Shown in pieces: positions 32,401 through 50,917 of a stretch of DNA of 64,000 nucleotides. Position 1 is the first letter of the stretch. Every line of letters begins with the position of its first letter. Source of the DNA: the human T2T-CHM13v2.0 reference genome, Homo sapiens. The stretch is taken from assembly GCF_009914755.1 (NCBI RefSeq), contig NC_060927.1. One strand, 5' to 3'. The translations under genes and the position numbers were made by a program. The notes beneath the pieces were generated by a model. The model saw only the letters and a program-made list of their open reading frames with translations, did no database searches and was not told the DNA's origin.

Positions 32401-33620
32401 CTTGGAATACAATGATCAACTAACCTGTGCCATGAGTCTCTAGGAGTCAGCCTCTTCCAATTGGTACTTTGACTCTACTGTAACCACACCTTTGGTGACC
32501 AAGTGCTGCTACTAGGCCTCTGCTACTCTGGGATAAGATTATCTCTATTGCATTTCTATTTCCCAAGTCAGTGGCAGCAGTTCTCAATTTAATTTCTGAC
32601 CTACAGAAAAGCTCTTCAAGGATGCTGGTGCTCCTCTCACAAATTTATTTCTCAGCCATGGTGAAAGATGTGAAATCAGGACACTCGAGGAGGAAGTGAG
32701 CAGCCTTGCGTGATCAATCCTCTCTAACTTTCCAATGTCCCTAAGCCTGTGGATTCATTCTCTGAACACTAAGCTAGCTCTGGCATTTCAGTTTCATTTC
32801 GTGTAGGCCACCTTTTGATACACGTTTCAGCCAGCCAATCACACAAAATGTTAGAGATGTTTCTAATCATCCAAGCTACAACATTATATCCAGAATATTT
32901 GCTTAGTATACCCATATCAATAAACTTACCTGATCTAACTTTATGTTCCTTTCTCCACTGTCCCACACCTTCAATATTCATTCCCACAAATATTCCCTGG
33001 ATATCTATCTACATAAATTAGAAAAGCCCTTTCAGGGCCTGCTGGGACTTGAGTCTAGTTATAGGCCTAAAAAGGAAGGAGGGATATTAGGGATGGGTCT
33101 TGAGGAGACTCAGCAGTGTTTTGCAAGGCAACTGCCTAAGAGGAAACCATCTACATTTCTCGGGAATGCCAGAGTTAATCTCCTGAGACAGGGGTAGAAT
33201 GGCAGCTTCTACTGACACATAAAACACATCCAAATTTAGGAGTTTAATGTCTCTGGTCTTATCAGAAACTTCACATCTGTCCCTATTCCCATTTTCAGGA
33301 CCCCATCCTAAGCCAATCAAATACCCTTGCTTTAACAGCAAAAACCTGAGACGTTGAGAATCCAATTTGTGTTATAATTCAGCCACTTGCAGAATGAGGC
33401 TATGGGTTTGTTTTTCAACAATCTCAGCTCTGCTGCTATAGGATATATGGATTTCTTTCAGGGAGGAAGTAAAAATTTTCAGGTCATTTATGTAAGTGCT
33501 TGAGCTAGCAATTTGAATTCCTGAGCTTACTGTTTTCTTTCTTCACTTTGTCTAGCACAATTAGGAGTAACTTTTCAATCTCATTACACTTACTAGTTTG
33601 ACAAAAATGTTCTGTTATCA
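29495..33620 (-). mobile_element. HERV-L/ERV-L internal region (gag-pol remnants)
   Basis: ORF 31490..31729 LIPTTS...WRMTVGFHKLNQVV matches ERV-L RT (VIPTTSPFN...WRMTVDYRKLNQVV); gag-like remnants at 32.7-33.5 kb. Confidence 0.85.
30207..30533 (-). mobile_element. MSTA-type MaLR solo LTR inserted in the ERV-L internal region
   Basis: catacctgagactgggtaa...gaggcctcaggaaacttacaatcatggcagaagg...acacagagccaaaacatatca. Confidence 0.9.
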
Positions 33621-33776
33621 AATACTCTGTGTTTATACATTTCTGTGCACACACATATACACTCCCCCTTTCTTTCTGTTATATATGTTATGAAATTTCA
33701 AAAAAATGTTTTCAGTTCATTTTCTAAGGACATAATGTCATCTCTTTTAGCTCTTGTGAGTTGTGTGATAAGTAGA

Positions 33777-34082
<306 letters not shown>

Positions 34083-34104
34083 AAGATGATAGTTTTTTTA
34101 ACTT

Positions 34105-34312
34105 CTGCAGCCATCTTGTAACTAAGAGGGGATGAGACTTTATAATTAGAAAGAACCTGAGCCCCTGATGATTTCATTGATTTACTGACTCAACCAATCA
34201 TCACCCACCCTAATACTGAATTTTCTGTTATAGGAAATGCCAAAACCCTATTGTTTAAGCTAGTTTGAGTTGAGTATTCTGTTACTTGCATGAGATTATT
34301 TTTAACTGTTAC
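34105..34312 (+). mobile_element. Old MLT1 LTR 3' part
   Basis: cagccatcttg...ttgtttaagc...ttctgttacttgca...aactgttaca. Confidence 0.6.
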
Positions 34313-34580
34313 AAATATTTTAGAGAGTTGGCAAGAATATTTGAGTCAATACATTCTAGCGTAGGAGAAAACCTTTGGCATCATGTGCTGTCATATGATA
34401 TGTTGTTGTGGAGCAAGCTTGTGACCGTGCCAGTGCTAAAATCCAGATAATCCTCATTCCGATTTCATTGTTCTTTCCTCTGCATTAGGCAGTGCATAAT
34501 TTTTTAATATCCTTTTTTTTCTAATATAAAGGGTTTATTATCCATATTTGCTTGCCTTCAGTCCTTACCTGAAAGATTAC

Positions 34581-34866
34581 CTGAAATCATTTGAGAAATA
34601 TTTTTTCTGATTAGTAACTAGTGAGTTATATATATCATATCGCCTTATTGTACCAAAGAGGTTAATTCTTTTTCCCTGTGTTCTGACATTATACAAAATA
34701 AAAGCTCTCTTAGTGAACTCACACTGTTTCTCAGCTATCCGCCTCACAAATGGGTTGTCCAAAACTCTCATCTGTTTCACATAGAACACATCTATCTTGT
34801 TCTTTGAAAGTTGCCAAGAATAACCCAAGCTGAACTGAAATGAGTTCTTTGTCACAGCTTTCAAAC
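34581..34866 (-). other. Candidate 286-nt exon with one open frame
   Basis: Acceptor tcttcctcatttgacag|G; tandem donors CAG|gtaatc and CAG|gtaagg; protein not recognised. Confidence 0.25.
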
Positions 34867-35484
34867 CTGTCAAATGAGGAAGATGAAAGATGATTGGCAA
34901 ATAGTGTGGCTTGTCAACTCCTCAATCATGCACAAGAAAATCTAAAATGATAGATGTTGTCATGGCCAACATTTTTATATACTGTATTTCACTTATAAAA
35001 AACACAGGAAAGTTTACAAGGTCATAAACATTCAGCATAGTTATGCTACTTTTCTTAGAAATTTTATGAAATTTGTCTCTGTCTGTTCTGTTAGTTTTAG
35101 GATCACACACACGCACACAAAAAAAAGGAGTTAAAAAATATTAGACACAACTTCAGTGTTGGAGATCACTGGGTCTAAGCCCAGCCTTTGAAAATGGAAG
35201 AAACTGAGATCTGACAAGGTAAATTCGTTCTTCACAGTAACAGGTCTGGTCAGATGTAGAATCATAATTTGACTCAGTTTTTGAAGAAACAGCAGGTAAA
35301 TATAGAGATACTATCTAATTTTCCCAAGTTCTTTCAGCCAAAACATAGGGAATCCAGAACTGAAATGCAGTTGTCTCTCACTCACAAGTTGCCATTACCA
35401 GCCATAATGCTTTCCAACATAAAACTGAAATGTTATCATTTGTGCTGCAGCAATGAGTTCATTTAGGAAATAACTGAGTCCAGT

Positions 35485-36045
35485 TTATGTTACAAATACC
35501 TGACTAAACACTGGGTATATAATGGTGAATAAACAATCGTAGTCTCTAGCTAATTTAAATATACAAAGTATGAAGATAGCGGGAAAAACATGGAAACAGA
35601 AAACAACAGAGTTGTCTGAAAAGACCAACGTAAACTGAGGTTTTCTGACACCAGAGGAATAAGCAAGGACAGTCTTGTTCTGGACAGGAGGAAGGATGAA
35701 AGGAGAAACAATAGTGGAAACCAGCATGTCAGAAATAATTAATGGTATGCATGAAATGCTGTGAGTTAAGAAAAAGTTATATGTGTTGATAGGACTGTAG
35801 CTGATGCCATAGTGAGCAATGGAAGAAGTGGCACAGAATGAAGTTGGACAGATAAGAAAGGAAAACATGATGTGTAAACTCGTAGCCAGGGTCTTTAGCT
35901 AACAAAGGTTTGAGAGAGATAATATGAAAGATTTGAGGAAGAGGAGATGTGTAGTCATCTTGGGAAGTCAGTAGATACCATAAAAGTTTTAGGCGATGTT
36001 GAGAACCTACTGGAATTTTGAGATTATGAATTTAAAGTGAAACTA
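35485..36045 (-). mobile_element. L2 fragment
   Basis: Degenerate reverse-L2 3' motifs (actgggtatataatggtgaataaac). Confidence 0.5.
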
Positions 36046-36047
36046 CT

Positions 36048-36965
36048 TGTGGTAGGTTGGCAAATGGTCTCTTAAACGCATCAGGATATAATCCCTGGAA
36101 ACTGAATGTTAACTCACATGCTAAATTTTCTGCAGATGTGATCACCTTAGGAATCTTTTTTTTTTTTTTTTTTGCCCTCGATGTGTCAGGCATGGTGTTT
36201 AATACTGGAGATTGAAAGAAAAAAATGCCACTAGATGGAGCGTCTTCTTTTTTTTTTTTTATTATACTTTAAGTTTTAGGGTACATGTGCACAACGTGCA
36301 GGTTAGTTACATATGTATACATGTGCCATGTTGGTGTGCTGCACCCATTAACTTGTCATTTAACATTATTTATATCTCCTAACGCTATCCCTCCCCCCTG
36401 CCCCCACCCTACAACAGGCCCCGGTGTGTGATGTTCCCCTTAATGTGTCCATGTGTTCTCATTGTTCAATTCCCACCTATAAGTGAGAACATGCGGTGTT
36501 TGGTTTTTTGTCCTTGTGATAGTTTGCTGAGAACGATGGTTTCCAGCTTCATCCATGTCCCTACAAAGGACATGAACTCATCATTGGAATCTTAAAATGA
36601 GATTATCTTGGGTTTATCCACGTGCTTTAATTGTCATCACTAGTATCTTCATGGTGGCATCAGAGTGATGCAAAGATTGTTTAGACACACAAAACAGCAG
36701 GAGGCAATGTGACCCCAGAGGCAAAAATTGGAGTGATACAGTCACCTGATAAGAAATGGCAGCAGTCATCAGAAGCTGGAAGAGTCCGCAACATCTTCTA
36801 TCCAAGAGCCTCTGGAGGGAGAATGGCTCTGACAACAACTAGATTTCAGTCTAATGATAATGATTTCAGGTTTCAGACCTCTAGGTCTATGAGAGGGAAA
36901 TTTTCTGTTGTATTAAGCCACCAAATTTATGGTAATTGTTACAGTAGCCTTAGGAACCGAATACA
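36048..36965 (+). mobile_element. MLT1C/D-type MaLR solo LTR interrupted by an L1 insertion
   Basis: tgtggtagg...tgcagatgtgat...gagattatc...agagcctctggagggag...taagccaccaaattt...aataca; 5-bp TSD ctact/ctatt. Confidence 0.85.
36158..36585 (-). mobile_element. 5'-truncated L1PA (PA3/4-like) with 74-bp 3' transduction
   Basis: L1 3'UTR 36261-36585; poly-A 36248-36260; unique 36174-36247; second poly-A to 36173; TSD ggaatctt at 36150-36157 and 36586-36593. Confidence 0.9.
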
Positions 36966-37864
36966 CTATTCTATCCAGCTGTATAATGTTTTCCAGGTGT
37001 AGGCACAGAGATGATAGATAGTTGCGTTCTTTTTGAAATGATGATGGAGAGAGAAAAAGGAATGGAATACTGTGTGTCTTCAAATAAATGACTACAATAG
37101 TAAAATATGGAATCTAAGCTGGCCAAGAGGGAAAATGAAGATAAAATGGGGCTGATGGATAACGAAAATATAAAAGTATCAAAGTTTAGAAGCCATGACT
37201 TGCTTGAAGAAACATTATGAATGCACAATACCTGTAAGAAGTCATTACATGTTGAATGAAATTAAATAACAAGGTCAGGGTTTGTTTGTATAGACAACCT
37301 CAAAATTTAGTGGTGAATAATAATCCAGAGAGATTTAAAAATTGGAGGTGTTGTAAACTGGAGACATAATGAAGGAAAGCACTTCCCAGATGTATATCAG
37401 AAACTTCACCCTATACAGTGAAAACTGAATTATTAAATTACCAGCATATATATTCATGAAACACTGGGTTCAATTACTCATTGAGATACTACCAGAAGAA
37501 TGAAACACTTCAACAAATATTTTGATTTTGTCAACACTCCTTTTCCTTTATTTACATAAGGAAAGTCCTTTAAATTTTAATGTTCCCTATTTTAAGTATG
37601 AATTAATATATGCCTCTGGGATTCACTTCATATACAATTTCCAGATAATATTTTCATAAAGATGTTAGAGATCATCAAATTACTTTTGGTTATAAGCATG
37701 TATTCTAAGCACATTCTATGATACTTGAGTCATTTTTTGTGTAAAGTACTGGACATAGGCTTTAATTCTATGCCAGATAGATTCATTTGATTCAATTTGA
37801 TACAAAATCTACATGCAATATTTACTGAGCACCTCTTCTGCCTAAGGCTTATCCTGGACTTATA

Positions 37865-38663
37865 CAGCAGTTCCCTCTTCTCTGCAGGGGATCCATTCTA
37901 AGACCCCCAATGGATGCCTGAAACCACGAATAGTACCAAATCCCATATACAGTGTGTTTTTTCTTATATATATGCACCTATGACATTTAATTTAATTAAT
38001 ATGAAGCTAATCTGGCACATGTTGCCACCAATGATGATTTCTGTTTGTGTCTCATCCACAAATTTAATGTCTTTCCCATTGGACGTATGCACTTATCACA
38101 CACTGCGGCCATAACTTTTGCAGTTTAAGGCGCAGCAGCAAAACTAGCATGAATTTCTTTTTTCTTCTTCACAATTTCACAAATAGAAGATTAACTTTTA
38201 TGTAGATGTTAGCCACCTCAGCATACAACATTTTTTTCTTTCCTTATTAAGTCAAAAACTTTCACCTTTTTCCCTAAAGAAGGCAGTTTCCTGCTTCTGC
38301 ACAGCATCTCTGACTTGCTAGCAAAACTAATCTTGTGCTTAGGGGCTATTACTACATAAAATAAGGGTTCTTTGAACAAAAGTATTGTAATATTGTGACA
38401 GTTCATCTAATAACTGAGGGGCCACTAATTGACTAAAAAGTGGTTCGTGTTTAGTGTGGATATGCTGGACAAATGAATGATTCACTACCTGGGTGGGACA
38501 AAGCAGGATGACATGAGATTTCATCCTGCTACTTAGAATAGCATGGAATTTAAAACTTAAGAGTTGCTTGTTTCTGAAATTTTCTATTTAATATTTTCTC
38601 CGCAGTTGACTATGGGTAACTGACACTGAAGGAAGCAAAGCCATGAATAAGGGGCAACTACTG
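37865..38663 (-). mobile_element. MER44/Tigger7-family non-autonomous DNA transposon
   Basis: TA TSDs; TIRs cagcagttccc...ggggcaactactg; MER44-type termini. Confidence 0.82.
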
Positions 38664-39194
38664 TATACAATTCTCAAGTAGGGGTGATCCCCTGTCTATA
38701 ATTATCTTCCACTTAAATGAAGGTGAAGCTTAAAGGAATATGATGTAAACTGGACCACCGATATCATAAATGTGTTTTTCATTTGGGCCAGCTATTTTTA
38801 CTCTCTCCGTTGCTTCACAGGGTCAGAAAAAATGATATTACTCCCTGGCCTATATAGTGGCTAATATCCTTCAGAGTAATGAAGAGCAGTCCTCACCAAA
38901 TGTGTTAAGAAGTTCTCATTCCAAAAGAAAGAAGTGGATGGCTTAGGCTAGGGTTTGGAGTCAGAGTGCTATGCCAGATCCATATCTGAATGCATTGCCT
39001 TATTCTCTGAATGTTTTCCGTCATTCAGAGATACATATATACAATGATACTGTCATTGTATCATTCAAAGTTCATATCTATAAAGAGCCAACTCTTGCCA
39101 CTTTGTCATTGAATAGAGTGCCTTGAAATCTAAAATTTCTCCCTGCAACTAGTGATGGCCTGATAGATATTTAACAATTTATTCTGTGATGCTG

Positions 39195-39868
39195 ACCTGA
39201 GCCCCTGTTAGTAATAGTAGCTAATTTCCGTGGCTTAAATACAATCACTATTTCAATTTGTCACACTGGAGTCACTGAATGCAAAGTTGTAAAGAGATGT
39301 GCAGTAGTTCACTGTTACATAGTATGAATTATTTCTAACATAAAGATACAAAAGAGGTAAATAATTTCAAAAGCATTGATAGGAATAAAATGTATTAAAA
39401 TAACTAAGACACATTTTGAGTACTCATTGCCTCTGTTTCTAAATGTAATTTATTTGATTGTAAATTTATGTAATTTTATTTTCTATACATATATTTTTAA
39501 ATACAGGGTCTCACTTTGTTGCCCAGGCTAGAGTGTAATGACACAATATAGCTCACTGCCACCTTGAATTCCTAGGCTCAAGTGATCCTTCCTCCTAGAC
39601 CTGCCAAGTAGCTGGGGCTACAGGCACTGGCTACTACATCTGGCTAGTTTTTTATTTTTTGTATGTGTGGAGATAGATTCTCACCATCTTGCCCAGGCTG
39701 GTCTCAAACTCCTGGGCTAAAGCTATCCTTCTGTCTCAGCCTCCCAAAGTGCTGGGATTACATGCCACTGTGCCCAGCCAATACTGTATTTAACAACTGA
39801 TCTGCAAAATTCTTGAAATGTTATCAGCTCTCATGATCTTGTATGAACTGACACCAGTCTACTGACTA
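39195..39868 (-). mobile_element. MER63-like hAT DNA transposon split by an AluJ
   Basis: aatttccgtggcttaaatac...cactgaatgcaaagttg and tttaacaactgatctgcaaaattcttgaaa match reverse MER63 as recalled. Confidence 0.65.
39495..39778 (-). mobile_element. AluJ
   Basis: cagggtctcactttgttgcccaggcta...ctcctgggctaaagctatcc. Confidence 0.9.
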
Positions 39869-40018
39869 CGATCCTATTAAAATGGTTCTCCTGGTATATA
39901 GCTCCTCTTTTATATCATGACTCCCACTTTCTTAGTTTTTTGCCATGTTTTATGAAAGTTGACTTGCTTTGAAAAGGCAAGAGGAGAATGAACTTTCTGA
40001 GGCTTATCATGGTGTCTA

Positions 40019-40307
40019 CTATGGTAGGAAGAATTCCAAGATAACCTTCAAATAAGTGAAACTCTTAAATAATCCTCTCTGCTTATTGTGGATGGAAACT
40101 AAGTAACTTCTAGCAAAGGTGATGCAATGGTCAATCTTGTGACTCTCAGATGCCATCTTAGAAGACTGGAGAGATTCTCCTGCTGGCTTTGAAGAGGTAA
40201 GCTGTCATGCTGTAAGAGGGCCTGTGAGAGGGTCACATGGCAAGAAAATGAATTCTACCAATAACTATGTCAATTTAGGAAATGACCCAGAGCTCCAGAG
40301 AGAAATA
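40019..40307 (+). mobile_element. Old MLT1 LTR, host of Tigger1
   Basis: tctcctgctggctttgaagaggtaagctgtcatgctgtaagaggg MLT1 motif. Confidence 0.65.
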
Positions 40308-40616
40308 CAGGCACAACTGGTCTTATTGTGCTTTGCTTTATTGTGCTCAAGATGTATTGCTTTTTTTTTTTTTTAATTGAAAGTCTGTGGCAACCCTGTG
40401 TCCAGTATGTTTATCAATGCCAGGTTTTCAGCAATGTATGTCCACTTTGGGTCTCTGTGTTACATTTTGGTGATTCTTCCAATATTCAGACTTCTTCATT
40501 ATTACATCTGTTATAGTGATCTGTAATCACTGATTTTTGGTGTTACTATGGTAATTGTTTTGGGGTGCCAAGAACCATGCTCATATAAGACAGTGAACTT
40601 AATAAATGTGTGTGTT

Positions 40617-44888
<4,272 letters not shown>

Positions 44889-45607
44889 TAAATGTGTGTG
44901 TTCTCACTACTCCACCGACCAACCACTCCCCTGTCTCTCTCTCCCTCTCTTTAGTAGTCCTCCCTATTCTCTGAAACACAATTATATTGAAATTAGGCCA
45001 ATTACAGTAATAAACCTACAGTGGCCTCTCAGTGTTCATGTGAAACAAAGAGTAACACACCTTTTACTTTAAATCAAAAGCTAGAAATGATTTAGCTCAG
45101 TGAGGAATGCATGTCAAAAGCTAAGATAGGCTGAAACCGAGGCTTTTTGCAACAAACAGCCAACCTGTGACAGCAAAAGAAAAGTTCTTGAAGGAAAACT
45201 GTTACTCCAGGAAACATAATGATAAGAAGTAAAAAGTAAAAAATGTAATTGCTGATACGGAGTAAGTTTTAGTGTCTGGATGGAAGATCAAACAACAACA
45301 TTCCATTAAGCCAAAACCTAATTCAGAGTAAAGCTCTTCAATTCCAAGGCTGAGAGAGTTGAGAACGCTACAAAAGAAAGGTTTCAATCTGGCAAAGGTT
45401 GGTTCATGATGTATAAGAAACAAAACATTCCCATAACATAAGAGTGCAAGGTAAAGCAACAACTACTGGTGTAGAAGCTACAGCAAGTTATTCAGAAAAT
45501 CTGGCTAAGATAGCTAATGAAGGTGGCTACACTAAAAATAGAATTTCAATGTGGATGAAACAGCCTTCTACTGGAAGAAGATGCTATCTTGAACTTTCAT
45601 AACTAGA

Positions 45608-45832
45608 GTGGAAAAATCAATACCCAGCTTCAAAGCTTCAAAGGACAGGCTGGCTATCTTGTTAGAGGCTAATGCAGCTGGTGACTTTAAGTTGAAGCCA
45701 ATGCTCATTTACCATTCTGAAAATCCTAGGGCCCTTAAGAATTATGCTCAGTCTACTCAGCCAGTGCTCTATGAATGGAATGACAAAGCCCAAATGACAG
45801 TACATCTGTTTACAGTAAACTTGGTTTACTGA
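45608..45832 (+). pseudogene. Tigger1 (pogo-like DDE) transposase remnant
   Basis: [41 protein letters not shown]; continues at 48400..48585 ([29 protein letters not shown]). Confidence 0.88.
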
Positions 45833-45839
45833 ACATTTT

Positions 45840-48351
<2,512 letters not shown>

Positions 48352-50278
48352 TTATTTCTCATTGACAATACACCTGGTCACCCAAGAGCTCCAATAGAGA
48401 TGTACAAAGAGATAAATGTTATTTTCATGCCTGCTAACACAACGTCCATTCTGGAGCCTTTAGATAAAGGAGTAATTTTGACTTTCAAGTCTTATTATCT
48501 AAGAAATGTATTTCATGAGGCTATAGCTGCCATAGATAGTTATTTATCTGATGGATATGGGAAAAATAAACTAAAACTCTTCTAGAAAGGATTCATTATT
48601 CTAGATTCTCTTAAGAATATTCATGATTCATCAGAGGAGGTCAAAATACAAACATTAACAAGTGTTTGGAAGAAGTTGATTCCAATGTTCATGGATGACT
48701 TTGTGAGGTTTGAAAGTTTAGTGAAAAAGTAACTGCACATATGATGGAAATAACAAGACAATTAGAAAGAGGAGTGGAGCTTGAATATGTGACTGAATTG
48801 CTGAAATCTCATGAGAAAACTTGAATGAATGAGGAGTTGCTTCTATTGGATGAGCAAAGAAAGTAATTTCTTCAGATGGAATCTACTCCTGGTGAATATT
48901 GTTGGAAGAAAGTGATTTCTTGAGATGGAATCTACTCCTACTATGAATATTGTTGAAATGACAACAAGTGATTTAGAATATGACATAAGTTTAGCATCTA
49001 AGCAGCAGCAGAATTTGAAAGGACTGACTCCAGTTTTGAAAGAAGTTCCACCCTGGGTAAAATGCTGTAAGACAGTATTGCATTCTATAAAGAAATATTT
49101 CCTGAGAGGAAGCATTCATTGATGCAGCAAACTTCATCGTTGTCTTATTTTAAAAAATTGCCACAGCCACCCCGATCTTCAGCACCCACCCTTCTTATCA
49201 ATCAGCACCTATCAACGTGCAGGCAAGGCTCTCCATTAGAAAAAGATTACAACTAGCTTACGGCTCAGATGATTATTAGCATTTTCAGCAATAAAGTATT
49301 TTTAAATTACGGTATGTAGACATAATGCTGTTGCACACTTAATAGACTGCAGTACAGTTAAACATAACTTTTCTATGCAAGAAACAAAAAAAGTTGTGTG
49401 ACTCCCATTTTATTGTTATTCACTTTATTGCAGTGGTCTGAAATTGAATTCACAATATGTCTGTGGTATGCTTGTATAATATATAGCCTAGCCAGCCAAG
49501 ACCTAGATAGCAGCTATCTATCCATATTTAATCTATCCATATTTAATCTTTTAAAGAATTGGATGACTGCTTTCTAAAGAGGCTCAAACTTTTTATATTC
49601 CCCCAAGCAGTGTAAGATGATTCCAATTTCTCCACATCCGCACCTTGTTTCTATGTGTCTTTTTCATGGTGGGCATCATAGTTGGTGTGATGTGGGTTTG
49701 CCATTGTGGTTTTGATTTGCATTTTCCTGATCATTAGTGATGTTGAGCATCTTTTAATTTACATAGTAACCATTTGTATATCTCCTTTGGAGAAATGTCT
49801 ATTCATCCTTTACCCAATTTTAGTTATTTCAATTTTATTATTAAATTATAAGAGTTTTTTAACGATATATTTTAGGTATAAGTTCATTATAAACATTTAT
49901 GATGTGGAAATGTTTTCTCCCATTTGGCATGTTGTCTTTTCACTATTTGATGATCTTTTGGGGCACAAAATTTCTTATATATTGAAGATGCCCAATGTAT
50001 TTTTGTGTTGTTCTTTGTGCTCTCGTTATCATGTATAATAAACCATTGCATAATTCAAGGTCAAACATATTTATGCCTGCATTTTCTTCTAAGGGTTTTA
50101 TAGTATTAGCTTTGAAATTTAGATCTTTGGTTCATTTTGGGTTAATTTTATGGTATAAGCCAGGGGTCTAAATTAATTCTTTTGCACGCAGCTATTTAAT
50201 TGTTACAGCTTCATTTGTTGAAAAGAGTACTCTTTCCTCATTGAATTGTCTTACTATTCTTGTCAAAAGTCAGTTGAC

Positions 50279-50730
50279 AATAGCAAAGACATGAAATCAA
50301 CCCAAATACCCATCAGTGATAGACTGGATAAAGAAAATGTGGCACATAAACATTATGGAATACTATGCAGCCATAAAAAGGAATGAGATCATGTCCTTTG
50401 CAGGGACATGGATGGAGCTGGAAGCCATTATCCTCAGCAAACTAACACAGGAACGGAAAATCAAACACCACATTTCTCACTCATAAGTGTGAGCTGAACA
50501 ATGAATGAGAATACACGGACACAGGGAGGGGAACAACACACACTGGGGCCTGTCGGGAGGCAGGGTGAGGGAGAGCATCAGGATACACAGCCAATGCATG
50601 CAGGGCTTAATACCTAGGGAGTGGGTTGAAAGGTAAAGCAAACCACCATGGCACACATTTACCTAAGTAACAAACCTGCCCATCCTGCACATATATCCCA
50701 GACCTTAAAATAAAATTAATTTTTTTTAAA
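50279..50730 (+). mobile_element. 5'-truncated L1PA (about PA12-15) 3' end
   Basis: 14-bp TSD aaaagtcagttgac at 50265-50278 and 50731-50744. Confidence 0.92.
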
Positions 50731-50917
50731 AAAAGTCAGTTGACTATAAACATAAGAATTTGTTTCTGAATAATCAATTCTACTCCATTGATCTATATGT
50801 CTATCCTTATTCCAGTAACACAATATCATGTCACATCACTAAAATCAGACATATAGATCAATGGAGTACAATTGGGAATCCAGAAACAAACCCTAACATT
50901 ATGGTCAATTGACTTTT
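50731..50917. repeat. ~72-bp imperfect inverted repeat with perfect 22-bp inner stem and 44-nt spacer
   Basis: tactccattgatctatatgtct (50781-50802) pairs with agacatatagatcaatggagta (50847-50868). Confidence 0.88.

Noticed and set aside
28663-33620. Single provirus made of the MLT2 LTR and adjacent ERV-L internal region
   Set aside because: The LTR is on the opposite strand, has its own TSD and is ~300 bp away.
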